Shown one piece after another: positions 1-12,223 of a DNA stretch of 64,000 nt. The stretch is from Octopus vulgaris (Eukaryota), in assembly GCA_951406725.2 (NCBI GenBank), contig OX597842.1:5084001-5148000 (forward strand), written 5' to 3'. The position numbers and the translations under genes were made by a program. The notes beneath the pieces are model-generated. The model saw only the letters and a program-made list of their open reading frames with translations. It was not told the DNA's origin and searched no databases. Within the stretch, counting starts at the first letter, position 1; every line of letters begins with the position of its first letter.

Positions 1-215
1 TTGCCAGCTCTGTCTGGCACCAGTGCGGGTGGCACGTAAAAGCACCCACTACACTCACGGAGTGGTTGGCGTTAGGAAGGGCATCCAGCCGTAGAAACAC
101 TGCCAGATTTGACTGGGCCTGATGAAGCCTTCTGGCTTCACAGACCCCAGTAGAACCGTCCAACCCATGCTAGCATGGAAAACGGACGCTAAACGATGAT
201 GATGATGATGATGAT
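1..215 (+). mobile_element. 3' tail of an RTE-type LINE or RTE-tailed SINE ending in (GAT)n
   Basis: Same 'gagtggttggc..aggaagggcatccagc..aacccatgctagcatggaaaacggac..(gat)n' tail that follows the RTE ORF remnant at 17850-18080. Further copies at ~10780-10965, 13125-13240, 15975-16130 (-) and 24690-24740. Confidence 0.75.
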
Positions 216-514
216 GGATAGTCAAGAAGGAAGGTAAAAAATAGACATATGTAATACTCTTAAATACAAGATAATGCAACAATGGAAAATGAAGAAGGTG
301 AAGACAGTGTCAATTATTGCTGGGTCCTTAAGCATCAAGAGGAATATAAAAGAGATCAGAATACAGGGCCCAGAAATCCTCGGCATGATCAGAATCATCA
401 GGAAAGTGTTAGATAGTTAAAAAGATAACAAGATAGTGTAGGCTGTAGGTAGCAAGCCTGCAATTCATGCAAGACTCCAGGTGTTCCAGCAAAACCAGAA
501 TTTAAAAAAAAATC

Positions 515-705
515 TTTTCTACTATAGGCACAAGGCCTGAAATTTGGGGGAGGGGACTAGCCAATTACATCAACCCCAGTGTTTCACCGGTACTTAATTT
601 ATTGACCCAAAAGGATGAAAAGTAAAGTCTACCTTGGCAGAATCTGAACTTAGAACATAGTGGCAGATGAAATACCTCTAAGCATTTTGCCCAGTGTGCT
701 AACAA
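515..705 (-). mobile_element. tRNA-headed SINE with a Nin/Deu-like central domain
   Basis: Reverse strand reads 'aggtagactttacttttcatccttttgggtcaataaattaagtacc', which resembles the Nin/Deu domain. Related copies at 48290-48490 (+) and 60960-61600 (-). Confidence 0.6.
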
Positions 706-1622
706 TTGAGCTCCCTGATTAAATTTGAGATCATCATCAAGTTGGATTTAAGAAACAGACACAAAAATGAAAGAAAACTTTTTAATGTAAATCATCAGAG
801 GAAAATGAACAATTTTTCTCAAAATTGTAAACAACATGTGGAGTCATGATATCAAGATCATGTGTTGCTGCAGTAAAATGTATGCATGAAAGTATAAAAA
901 ACATGAGGGACTGTGGAAATTATTTATATTGGAACTGTGAATGAAGCTGTGAGTACTAGAACTAATCATATACGCATTCCCATTGCCACACACACGCACA
1001 CTGCTGTTTCTCAATTATACATCAAACAGTATAGTATTTGTGTTTATACAATTCACACATGAATACAAAGTAGCCTCCATATGTACATAAAACAAACAAG
1101 TATCAAGCACACGGTATTTAAATGCTTTTCACAAAAGCTGCAACAAGTTTCTTTCTGAAAAGGGAGAGCTGTGCTCATTGATAAAGCTCCCAAGAAATAG
1201 TGGTGAATTTTGTTCTGAAAAAAGCCCCAGCACATGGCTGGAGGTAGTATTCTGTCAAAAAGTTCACACTGAACATACAGACCCCTCTCTTAATGTCACT
1301 GCCAATACCCAAGTGAAGAACACAACTCGCAACACACACACACAGCTCACAATACAAACACTAATAAAACAAAAGACTCAAGCACAAACTCCAAAACAAA
1401 ATATACAGATGCAATGCAATAAGGGAAGTGTTTGTACTTCCTAAGCAATAAAACACACACACACACACACACAATGTTTAACCCACTGCTGCAGGGTTGT
1501 AAATACTATGTTGATGACCAGCACAGCCCAGCCCATCCAAATGAGGGTAGACAGACCCCTCCAAGACTCCTGTGTACAGGAGTGATAAAAATCACTCCTT
1601 GCCAGTAGGGTTAAAATGGATT

Positions 1623-2041
1623 TATAACAGGATCTGGTATCGGTATCACTGAAGGGGTGTCGATCCGATCCCGTCACATTCAATTTAGTTAAATATAACA
1701 GACGAAGTCAGGTTATCTGGGAAAGATAGCAAGTGTTGTTTATTATTCGTGATGGTGTACGTATTTCTGAAGGGAAAACGACAGCCGAATCTGTTGTACA
1801 GCTTCTTGTTGGTTGGTTGAAGTGATTCGATGTCGTCCGCGGCTAAGTCGGTATAGTTATCAGAGACTACCAAATGCACGTCTGTTCACGAGGGCTGAAA
1901 TGGCCAGAGAGGGTGATCGAGTTGACTGGGCCTTAGGGGTCAGTTTCCCGCACATGCGCATGGGGAAGACTTCCGGTGGCCACCCGGAAGCAGTCCCATT
2001 CTGCGCATGCGCGCTGAACCTTACACAGTAGCATCACTACA
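1623..2041 (-). repeat. 3' LTR of the Gypsy element
   Basis: Near-identical to 6424-6842; preceded on the minus strand by a polypurine tract (2042-2053). Confidence 0.95.
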
Positions 2042-2174
2042 TGGCTCTCCCTTGAGTGCGGAAGTACGAAAACAAGAAAATTTGTAGTGGTGCTGCAGAA
2101 AAACAGATGGCTTGCCGATCCCCCAGAAGATTTGGTACATAATATCATACAAAAACAAGAAATTTGAAAGAAAG

Positions 2175-4579
2175 TTAAATATAAATTGTCTTTGAAAGTT
2201 TCTTGGGCCAATGCACTGTTCTGCCCGATCTTGTAATATACGGTGTGCTCGGGGCACCCGTTGACGGCGAAGGTGGTGTTGTAGGAGCCGGTGAAGGCAA
2301 AGGTGTCTGTGCAGGTGAAGGTGTTTGTGCAGGTGAAGGTGTTGTTAAAGGTGCATAGGTGGGTGTGGCAAGGTTGTCATCAAAAGATGAAGACGTCTCA
2401 AAGTATGCTTTCTTCAGTCGGTCCACGGAAACGGTCTCCGAATGACCATTTATTTCAATGGTGAAAACCTTAGGTGTGCGAGAAAGCACACGGAAAGGTC
2501 CTTTATAGGGAGAAACAAGTGGTCCTTGACAGAGTCGTCCCGAACAAAAACATGCGACCAAGTGTCCATATCCGGTGGGAGATGGGATGGTGGAGATTGT
2601 TTCCTGGGAACCATGGGTGGAAGATTCGAAAAATATGAACGTAGTCTGGCGACATAGGTCGCCGGATCATGGGGCTGGGAAGTGCCTGGCACCAACATCG
2701 TACCAGGCAATGCCAGTGTGGTACCATACAGTAACTCTGCAGAAGAAAACCCCAGGTCTGCCTTGACAGCAGTGCGACAACCAAGAAGCACAATTGGCAG
2801 AAATTCAATCCAGGACTGTGGATCCGAGGAGGCACGAAGAGCAGCCTTGAGCTGTCTATGGAACCGTTCAACTAATCCATTAGACGCTGGATGATAGCTG
2901 GTAGTGTGAATATGATGCACACCTAAAATGCGCACCGATTCACGAAATAGCGAAGCTTCAAACTGACGTCCACGATCAGTAGTCAATCTGGACAGGACTC
3001 CGAAACGGGAAATCCAGTTTGAAATGAAGGCTTGCACAACAGTCTCAGCAGAAATGTCTGCTATCGGAATGGCTTCTGGCCAGCGGGAGAAACGATCGAC
3101 ACAAGTTAACAGATAAGAAAACCCGCGACTCACAGGCCATGGTCCAACCAGATCGATGTGGATGTGGCGAAAACGGGCCTCCGTAGGGGGGAAATGTCCA
3201 AGTGGGGCACGAACGTGCCGTTGAATCTTGGACCGTTGACACTTGGAGCAGGTGCGTGTCCAAGAAGTAATAGTGCGACGCATATTCGGCCAGAAAAACC
3301 GAGCAGTGATTAGCTTAAGGGTGGCAGCGATGCCAGGATGTGATAAGGAGTGCAGTGCTTCAAACACTGAGCGTTGATGATTCTCAGGCACGAGTGGCCT
3401 GAGAGAACCAGTGGAAGTATCACAGAGAATGGTGCCTTCGGCTGACGGAAGCGGAAGGTAGGAAAACTGGCAACAGGAGAACTTGGGAGAAGTTAAGTCT
3501 AACGACGCCAAAGGTGGCTGCTCCTGCGAGATGGCAGTTAAGTCGATAGCAGCAGGAGACGAAAGGGCGCAGACTGGAAGGCGAGAGAGAGCGTCAGCAG
3601 GAACATTCTCTTTTCCAGGTATGTGTCGAATGTTACTAGTGAATTGAGAGATAAAATCCAGGTGCCGGAAAGCACGAGGCGAGAGTTTGTCCGTTTTTGA
3701 ACACAGGGCAAACGTAAGGGGCTTGTGATCCGTATAGATCACAAAATCTCGCCCTTCAAGTTGATGCTGGAAATGACAAACCGATAGATAGATCACTAGG
3801 AGCTCACGATCAAAGGTGCTGTATCGTCGTTCAGCTGGTTGCAGTTGGCAGGAAAAGAAAGCCAGAGGTCGAATATGATCATCCACTGTGTGTTGTAACA
3901 CAGCGCCAATCGCAGTGTCCGATGCGTCTACAGTCAAAGAGAGAGAAGCACCAGGAACCGGATGTGCAAGCAAAGAAACAGAAGCCAGCTCCTTCTTAAT
4001 GGACTCAAAGGCTGTGAGTGCCTCAACAGAGAGGGTGACTTGACCATCCTTTCTAGGAGTGTCCTTTAATAGCCTGGTGAGAGGAAGAAGCTTATCTGCA
4101 CAACCGGGAATAAAACGTCTGTAGAAATTGATCATCCCTAGATAATGCCTGAGCTGGCGCAAGGAAGTGGGGGGTGCGATGCATCGAATGGCATCGACCT
4201 TTGACGACAGGGGGCTGATTCCACTCGAATCAATATGATGGCCTAGAAAATCTAAAGAAGAGCGTCCGAAAACACACTTGTCGGGATTTATACGTATACT
4301 ATAAGCGCGAAGACGCTGAGAAAGGTGCTGGAGATGATTTTCACGTGTGTCGCTCGCAATGAGTATATCATCGACATAGGCAAACACAAAATCAAGACCG
4401 CGGACAACCTCATTAATGAAACACTGGAAAGTGCTAGTAGCATTCCGCAAACCGAAACTCATATACAAAAACTCAAAACACCCAAAGGGGGTAGTGATCG
4501 CAGTTTTCGGAACGTCGGCTGGGTTAACCAGTATTTGATGGTACGCGCGTATAAGGTCGACCTTCGAAAAATGGTACAA
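2175..4579 (-). pseudogene. pol: Gypsy pol: reverse transcriptase, RNase H and integrase, with frameshifted C-terminus
   Basis: RT motifs 'FSKVDL..AYHQI', 'FGLRNA', 'YVDD'; RNase H '[12 protein letters not shown]', 'YTDHKPL'; integrase HHCC 'HSLSHPG..CSKC' and core '[23 protein letters not shown]'. GPY/F tail 'PYKGPF' is in ORF 2175-2561. Confidence 0.93.
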
Positions 4580-4602
4580 CCATGGAGATTTGCCGTAAAG
4601 TC

Positions 4603-5412
4603 CTATAGATTTCTGATTGGATATCTGTCGGCTATTGTTACGGCATTGAGGCGTCGATAGTCTCCTACCGGGCGAAAATCAGACTCGCCCTTTCGCGCCA
4701 AATGAAGGGGAGACGCCCATGGGCTGGTGGAGGGGCGTATAAGGCCAAGTTGAAGCATGTGCTCAAACTCGGCCCTAGCCGTTTTTAGTCGGTCAGGCGC
4801 AAGGCGCCGTGGGTGCGAAAATACAGGCGGCCCAGTGGTGGTGATAAAATGGAGTGTCGAGTGGGTAGGCTTTTCCGGTTGAAAGGCAATGTCCACTAGC
4901 TCCGGAAATGAAGCCAAAAGAGAGTGAAAAGCATCTCCAGAGGTGGCAACAAAGAATGTCGGGCTAAGGACTGCATTGGTGGAACTCCCAGTCGGCGTAG
5001 AGAGCGACGTCGTGCTATCAAGAAGCCTCCGACGCCTGACATCCACCAATAGATTAAACCTATCCAAGAAATCAGCGCCGAGAATAGGATGCGGGATGTC
5101 AGCGATGACGAAAACCCATTGAAAATCTCGACGAAGGTTGATGTCGAGGCGCAGCGAAATCTGACCGAAGGTGGTTATGGGAGACAAGTCAATGGCATAC
5201 AAGACAATTGAAGAGCGCTTGGGCTTGTCTGCAGTCAGACGAAGGGGCCAGATGCTGCAACAAGAGCCGGTGTCCACCATGAAGAATTTCTTCGACACCA
5301 GATCTTTTACAAAGAACGCACGATTTTTGGGAAATGAGAAGGAAGAAGGTGACGTGCTCACCTCCTCCGGATTTAGTTTCCTGAGGGCTGAAAAGTGCAC
5401 GGCTGGGTACAC
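4603..5412 (-). pseudogene. pol: Gypsy aspartic protease and RT N-terminus, separated from the rest of pol by a stop and a frameshift
   Basis: 'FMVDTGS' catalytic motif, 'ILGADFL', '[28 protein letters not shown]'. Confidence 0.9.
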
Positions 5413-5456
5413 CGTTCTGCCTTTTCGGCAGAGCCACTGCGACTACGACTGCGTGG

Positions 5457-6059
5457 TCAGCGCCCGATTGCACGGCACAGATCATCGATTCGCCACGTGA
5501 GCGTATCGAGCCGCTCGGCTAGTGAATTTTGCGTCGGAGAAACTGTCGGAGGGGGCTCTGTACATGCGCACAGGCCTCGCGATGGAGATGGTTTTGGAAA
5601 TTCCAATATTTTATCGGCCATCGTGGCAATCTGGTCTACTGACACAGACTCCAGTACCGTGGCCAACATTGTCTGCACATGGGCAGGCAACCTGGAGAAG
5701 GAAATCCTCCGTAAGAGCGGCCCGTCCACTGCGTTCCCGCTCAGCTCCCATAGGTGGCGCAGGAACTGGAATAGAGTCCTGTATCCCAACTGTTCCTCGG
5801 CCATCAGCTCCTTAAAATTACTCTCCTCCGACCGTGTGTTGCGGCGGAGGATTTCGGCTTTTACGGATGCGTATGTGGCGTCCGGGTGGGGACTTATTAT
5901 GAGATCCCTGACCGATGTGGCGAGTCGGGGATGTAAACTTGAATATAGCAGATGCAACTGCTGCTGTGGAGGAATGGCATGTGCGTCAAAATGCGACTCC
6001 ACCTGGGCAAACCACAGACCCACATCCCCTGTGAATAAAGGCAAACCTGATGCAGCCAT
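5457..6059 (-). CDS. gag: Gypsy Gag capsid-like protein
   Basis: 'LPLF..LWFAQVESHF..YASVKAEILRR' is typical of small Gypsy gag proteins, and it is the first ORF downstream of the PBS. Confidence 0.85.
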   Translation of the reverse strand: MAASGLPLFTGDVGLWFAQVESHFDAHAIPPQQQLHLLYSSLHPRLATSVRDLIISPHPDATYASVKAEILRRNTRSEESNFKELMAEEQLGYRTLFQFLRHLWELSGNAVDGPLLRRISFSRLPAHVQTMLATVLESVSVDQIATMADKILEFPKPSPSRGLCACTEPPPTVSPTQNSLAERLDTLTWRIDDLCRAIGR

Positions 6060-6411
6060 GTTTGTCTGAAAAAACGCCTGTCAGAAAAGGGGCAGAAGGT
6101 ATGAACGAGAAGTGGAGAACACGTGGAACCGACAAAGCAAATCAAAAATCGTGTTTTGTGTAATGGTGTGTGTGTGCACCTCGTGGGTAGTAAAGAATAA
6201 GTGTGTGTGTGTGCACAAAGGAAAAACAAAAGGTACAGAAAAGGAAAAAGAAAATGTGTGTGTGTTTCTTTTTTTTTTTTTTTTTAGTGTACTGAGTGCG
6301 ATGAATAAAACTTTTGTTTGTATGCACCTTGCCGTCCTGAAAGGAAAAGAAAAATGAAAGTGAAAACAAAACGTGTTCGCTGCGTCTTCTGTTCTTTTTT
6401 TTTTTCTACTT

Positions 6412-6421
6412 GGGGTCACCA
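6412..6421 (-). promoter_or_regulatory. Primer-binding site complementary to the tRNA-Trp 3' end
   Basis: Minus strand TGGTGACCCC lies 2 nt inside the 5' LTR; eukaryotic tRNA-Trp ends in GGGGUCACCA. Confidence 0.8.
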
Positions 6422-6423
6422 AT

Positions 6424-6842
6424 TGTAACAGGATCTGGAATCGGTATCACTGAAGGGGTGTCCGATCCGATCCCGTCACATTCAATTTAGTTAAATATAA
6501 CAGACGAAGTCAGGTTATCTGGGAAAGACAGCAGTGTTGTTTATTATTCGTGATGGTGTACATATTTCTGAAGGGAAAACGACAGCCGAATCTGTTGTAC
6601 AGCTTCTTGTTGGTTGGTTGAAGTGATTCGATGTCATCCGTGGCTAAGTCGGTATAGTTATCAGAGACTACCAAATGCACGTCTGTTCACGAGGGCTGAA
6701 ACGGCCAGAGAGGGTGATCGAGTTGACTGGGCCTTAGGGGTCAGTTTCCCGCACATGCGCATGGGGAAGACTTCCGGTGGCCACCCAGAAGCAGTCCCAT
6801 TCTGCGCATGCGCGCTGAACCTTACACAGTAGCATCACTACA
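6424..6842 (-). repeat. 5' LTR of the Gypsy element
   Basis: TG...CA termini, adjacent PBS and TSD GATT. Confidence 0.95.
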
Positions 6843-6846
6843 GATT

Positions 6847-8940
6847 CTTCATTGTCCATCACAGGGGTCACCTGAGGTCAAAAAGTTGAAAATTGGAACA
6901 AACTTCTGTGAAAATGATCTTGAGGGAAATCAGAACTGAGAAATCAACCCTGACACCTTAAGACAAACATTGAAAGAACTACTGAAAATAGATGGACAAG
7001 TCATGGAGAGAAATGATAGGGGATGACATCCGTGGATAAACTGATGCAAACAAATTAGTCAATGTATGCAGAGACAGGATGCGAAATAAGTGTCTAACAT
7101 GAACAGAATTAGAGACAATAAAAAATAATGCCACCACACTCAAGCTGAAGTGCTTGGTGCAGACAGAATAACAAACAGGAAAACATTCAACCTATAGATA
7201 GAGACAGCTCTGAACTTGCTGTTGATGTAGGCAATTTAGAATCTGAAGTAGTAGTAATGTAACGGGAAGTAGGAATGATCGTGAAGCTGCAATGGCTGAC
7301 ACATTTGCTGAAGCCAATAGAGAGAAAATACTTGAGGTGAAAAACAATATCCCGAGAGAACATCTAGAAATGAATGAGAGGGATCAACACCAAATCAAAT
7401 CACTGTACAATCAAAATATATGCATATGCTCTGAAGCAGCTTCTTGAAAATGAGACAGATTTAATCTCATTATATATTCAACAGCTATTGCTGGCACAAA
7501 GAAAATAGGCATCAAGATAAAGAAAAAGGCTCACAAAAAGGCACATGTACACCCAATGTGGAAAGGGCACATAAATGAGGTAACCAAGAGCTTCTGACAG
7601 GAATTATTGACCTTAGATGAACTCTTCAAAAGAAATAATGTAAAGGCAAGAATGGTTTAGAAAGTGAAAATACAATCTAATAAACATAAATGAAGTCCTG
7701 AGAGCAAAAGAGATGGTTAGGCAAAAATTGCAGGTTAAAGCCCAATGTTTATGTAGGTGTGAAAAGAGAAACAAATTTTAAAAAACACAATAAGACATTT
7801 AAAACTGATGCTAAGAAATTCTATAGAGTTAGGGAAATAGTCGATCAAAGTAAAAGACCTTTTTGATATGAAAGAAGTGATGACATTTTGGAAAAAGCAT
7901 ATGGAGTAATAGAAAGGAATTCAAAAAGGGAGCTGAATGGGTAGGGAGAGAAGAAGAAAGAATGGCTGAGATTGAAGAATAGGGATGGAACAATATTACA
8001 AAGTGCATAAGTGGAAGTGTCTTGGACATGATAAAATCCCAAACTTCTGGCTTCATTATCACACTGTCAGTTAATAGAATATTTCTCTAATATTATCAGA
8101 AACCCTGAAAAGACTCAAAGCTGGCTAACATTAGGGATAACATACCTACTCCTTAAAATGAGAGATACAAAAAAAAAACAACCCAAACTACAGGCCAATC
8201 ACTTGTTTGACCACCATGTACAAAATACTTACATCCATCCTCACCGAAAGGATATATCAATTTCTTGATGAAAACAACATCTTCCTCTTGAATAAAAACT
8301 CATACGGCTGCAAAGACCAGATGTTAATAGACTGTATGATACTCAAAAATTGTTCATCCAAGAAGCGAAATCTTAGCACAGCATAAAATGTCTTATAAAA
8401 CAACCATGATTGAACTCCAAGTGTACATCCAAAGTAACACCAACTGGATGATACAGCTGGTAAGGCAACACAGAGTAAGAAACTGCACTCAATCTCAAAG
8501 GAGGCATACAAATGCAGACGAGAGCTTAACCTCCCTGATTCTGATGATAAGGAGGACACACCACCCACTAAGGCAGCAAAAAGTGTAAAACAAAAGCCAA
8601 ACATGAAAGCTTGAAGGAAATACCAAGATTGTGGAAGAAAAGCCATTACATAGGCAATACCCCAAAAGAGCTGGGGAAAAACTGACCAGTGGCCACAGGG
8701 TGTTGGTTTGTGAGTCAAAGCAGAAAGATTTATCCTAGTGGCACAAGATCTGAGTCTCCTCACCTGGAACTATCAAGCTAATGTCACACACACTGAGGTA
8801 GACTCTGCAATGACAAATTTCAGAGTATTTACCACATTGTTGCTGGCTGCTCAGTCCTTGCCCCTACAGAATATAAAACCAGACATGGTTCAGTTGACCA
8901 ATACTTGCACTGGAGTATATGCCATCACTATAATATAATG
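6847..8940 (+). mobile_element. Old degenerate R4/Dong-type (RLE) non-LTR retrotransposon with internal deletion
   Basis: Fragmentary translations 'WLTLGITYLLLK', 'NYRPITCLTTMYKILTSILTERIY', 'FILVAQDLSLLTWNYQAN' and 'RHGSVDQYLHWSICHHY'. The latter two are homologous to the element at 46228-48258. The left boundary is uncertain. Confidence 0.75.
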
Positions 8941-9087
8941 AAGCAGGGTAAGAGATGTTATATAATATATGGAAGGATGTATTAAGACATATATTTATAC
9001 ATATGGGCACAGGCATGGCTTTTCAACCGCATAGTTTCAGGTTCAGATCCACTGTGTGGCACTTTGGGCAAGCATCTTCTACTTTAG

Positions 9088-9248
9088 GCATAGGAGTGGT
9101 TGTGTGGTAAGTAGCTTGCTTACCAACCACATAGTTCCGGATTCAGTCTCGCTGTGTGACACTTTGGGCAAGTGTCTTCTACTATAGCCTCGGGCCAACC
9201 AAAGTCTTGTGAGTGGATTTGGTAGATGGAAACTGAAAGAAGCCCGTC

Positions 9249-9284
<36 letters not shown>

Positions 9285-9490
9285 ATGTTTGTGTGTCTGT
9301 GTTTGTGCCCCCAACATCACTTGACAACCGATGTTGGCGTGTTTACATCCCCGTAACTTAGTGGTTCGGCAAAAGAAACCAATAGAATAAGTACTAGGCT
9401 TACAAAGAATAAGTCCTGGGGTCGATTTGCTTGACAAAGGGCAGTGCTACAGCATGGCCACAGTCAAATGACTGAAACAAGTAAAAGAGT
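9088..9490 (+). mobile_element. Abundant tRNA-derived SINE with an internal (TA)n(TG)n tract
   Basis: Head 'gtggttgtgtggtaagtagcttgc..ggattcagtc', body 'ttgggcaagtgtcttctactatagc', tail 'aatgactgaaacaagtaaaagag'. More than 15 full or partial copies occur in the window, e.g. 12500-12870, 15590-15940, 20790-21215 and 38730-39310. Confidence 0.85.
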
Positions 9491-10139
9491 ATAGCTCTGG
9501 ACCAACCATAACTTTGTGAGTGGATTTAGTAGACGGAAACTGAAAGAAGCCTGTCATATTGTCGTGTATATATATATATATATATATGTCTTTGTGTCTA
9601 GGTCTGTCTTCCACCCCACTTGAAAACCGCTGTTGGTGAGTTTGCATCGCTACAACTTAGCAATTCAGTAAAAGAGGCTGATAGAATAAATACCAGACTT
9701 GAAAAGAAAGTACTGGGGTTGATTCGTTCATCTAACTGAAATTTGAAAGTGGTACCCCAGCATGGCCATGGTCTAATGGTTGAAACAATTACAAGAAAAA
9801 AGAGACAACAGATACATACAAGTGAATAAAGAAATAAAAGAAAGTGACACTCAAAACATTTGGTGGATGTTACAAATATTCTGAATAACAGTTTGACTCA
9901 GCAGCACACTAGTTAGAATTTTGTAGGCATTTAGGACCCATCCATCTTATCAGTTATTAGAAGAGTGAGAGAACTGAGATGAATTGAAGATGGTTTATGA
10001 ATGACAGGCTGCTCTAGGTCAGCTCAAGTCACATGGTAGCAATACTGTGAAAGCGATAGCCACTATGCTGCTTATTTTTTGCCCTGTGTTTGGATGTTTG
10101 CAGGAAGCTGAAAATTGCTGATGCTGCTGTTGCTGTTGA

Positions 10140-10452
10140 GCGAAGTGGTCTTCGTCTCAGAGCTCGCAAGATGGGAGAAGTCCGAAACGTAGTCAACCCC
10201 CAACACCGAGAGCATCGATGGATGGATGAATGTGCATCCAGGCTCAGCAGTTGCATAGGTAGTCGGGGACAAGAAACAGGAAGAAAGAATGAGAGAAAGT
10301 TGGGGCGAAAGAGTACAACAGGGGTCGCCATCCCATCTGCCGGAGTCTCATGGAGCTTTAGGTGTTTTCGCTCAATAAACACACACAACGCCCGGTCTGG
10401 GAATCGAAACCGCGAGTCCGCTGCCCTAACAATTGGGCCATTGCGCCTCCAC
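10140..10452 (-). mobile_element. tRNA-derived SINE, second family
   Basis: A/B-box-like head 'ggcgcaatggcccaattgttagggcagcggactcgc..ggtttcgattccc'; the body is shared with 41505-41750 and 42625-42830. Confidence 0.75.
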
Positions 10453-10980
10453 TGCTGATGCTGCATTCACAGCATTAACACCATGTGATCTGATCTGACC
10501 AATCGAAGCCTAAGCATCATGAGTTTGTTTCAAATTTTGCACTCTTCTAATACCTGGTGAGATACATGTCCTATATTTGCACAAACCTGTAAGTCATGTG
10601 GAGATGAGTCAAACTGTTATTAAGACCCAGGAGACCCAGGAAGACATGGGATGAAGTATTGAAGGCTGATCTTAAAATACTGAGCCTTATGAAGGAAATG
10701 ACAGAGGACCGAGATATGTGGATACTCAAGACAACCAGCGCACTATAACAGAATTGAGATGATAGAGGACCAGATGTCACGTAAAAAGCACTCAATACAC
10801 TTTGTGGAGTGGTTGGCATATAAGAAGGACATCCAGCAGCAGAAACCAAGCTAAAACAGACTATGGAACCTGGTGTGGCCCCTACCTTTGCCAGTTCCTA
10901 TTAAACCATCCAACCCATGCCAGCATGGAAAATGGACATTAAATGATACTGTTGCTGCCGCTGATGTGTGTGTGTATGGA

Positions 10981-11020
<40 letters not shown>

Positions 11021-11420
11021 AATATGTTCTTGACCCCCAGACAGATGATATACTATTTTTACTTCAAATTTTTATAAAATTTTATTGATATTTGATAAGA
11101 TGAGATACAACGAAACCTTTAATGTTTTCTTTATTTAATTTAAAAAATCATTTTTATTAAATTCCCTCATAAATCGAAATGTCTTAGACTTATGTCTGTG
11201 CTATTCCCACATTGTATAGATCTATAATCTTTTTTCAACTATATACATACATATATATAGTTGAGATTTACAGAAAAGCAAAACACGAAGACAGGTGTAT
11301 GAACTGGCATATTACTTTGACGCTCAGAAAAGTGAGAAAGTCTTTTACTTTTCGAGCCTATGCTCTTCAACAGAAAGGAATAAGAGGAAATAGACAGAGA
11401 GAGAGAGTAAAAGAGAGAGA

Positions 11421-11453
<33 letters not shown>

Positions 11454-11577
11454 CTTGCACATACATATGTGCATGGAAATAATATAACATTCAACAATCA
11501 AAACAAGATATAAGAAATAAGGCATAAAAGACTTTCCGGCAATCTTTTGTTTTGACTGGAAGGTGTGTGTGCACAGT

Positions 11578-11744
11578 TCAGCTGTTATTATATGGTGTTC
11601 AGTAAATTCCATAAAAAAATTTTTTTTATTTACTTTTGTGGGTGGAAAGTGACATTTACTATGAAGTCAGCATAAAGTGAAAGAGAGAGGAAATGCACAT
11701 GGACATATGCTGGGGAGGAGGACACACACAGAGAAAGTGTGTGT

Positions 11745-11780
<36 letters not shown>

Positions 11781-12223
11781 GCAGAGTGGCAGTGTACATT
11801 TTTTTCATCTATTTTTCTCGCATCTTTTTTAAGTGAGTGAGTAATTGACTTGAGAAAGAGGGAGAGAAGGTGTAAAAAACAATTTATGCTCTCGTCTTTC
11901 TCTCTCTCTCTCTTTCTCACACACACACACACACAGACACACACACACAGAGCAAGACGCTTTTCTCTCAGTCAGTCACACTCACTGAAAGAAGATCCAA
12001 GAAAAAGTAAATAAATAAAATTTATGCTATCACTCTCTCTCTCTCTCACACACACACACACTTTCTGTCTCACACCCCACATCAACTCATACACCTGTCC
12101 ATGTCCATTTCCTCTCTCTTTCACTTTATGCTACCTTCAAGGACAATGTCAATTTCCACTCACAAAAATCAGTAAATAAAAATCTTTCATTGAATTTACC
12201 AAATGCTGAACCTTAACAGCTGA
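11578..12223. mobile_element. Fold-back MITE with long imperfect inverted repeats
   Basis: 'tcagctgtta..agcataaagtgaaagagagaggaaatg' on the left is the reverse complement of 'catttcctctctctttcactttatgct..taacagctga' on the right; the interior is microsatellite-rich. Confidence 0.65.

Larger units (their letters stand above)
1623..6842 (-). mobile_element. Full-length Ty3/Gypsy LTR retrotransposon with disrupted ORFs
   Basis: Two ~419-bp direct LTRs (1623-2041, 6424-6842) with TG..CA ends (left copy TG->TA) and a 4-bp TSD GATT (1619-1622, 6843-6846). PBS TGGTGACCCC, PPT AAGGGAGAGCCA, domain order gag-PR-RT-RH-IN. Confidence 0.96.

Noticed and set aside
1053-1275. Possible minus-strand exon of the leftward gene
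   Set aside because: The acceptor is weak, there is no good donor, and the peptide is not recognisable.
5395-6069. 224-aa + strand ORF and other ORFs antisense to the Gypsy, CR1 and Penelope ORFs
   Set aside because: These are shadow frames of transposon coding sequence with no recognisable motifs.
10400-10452. tRNA gene
   Set aside because: It is a tRNA-like SINE head fused to a repeat body and lacks a full cloverleaf; the same applies at 39720-39778 and 42625-42690.
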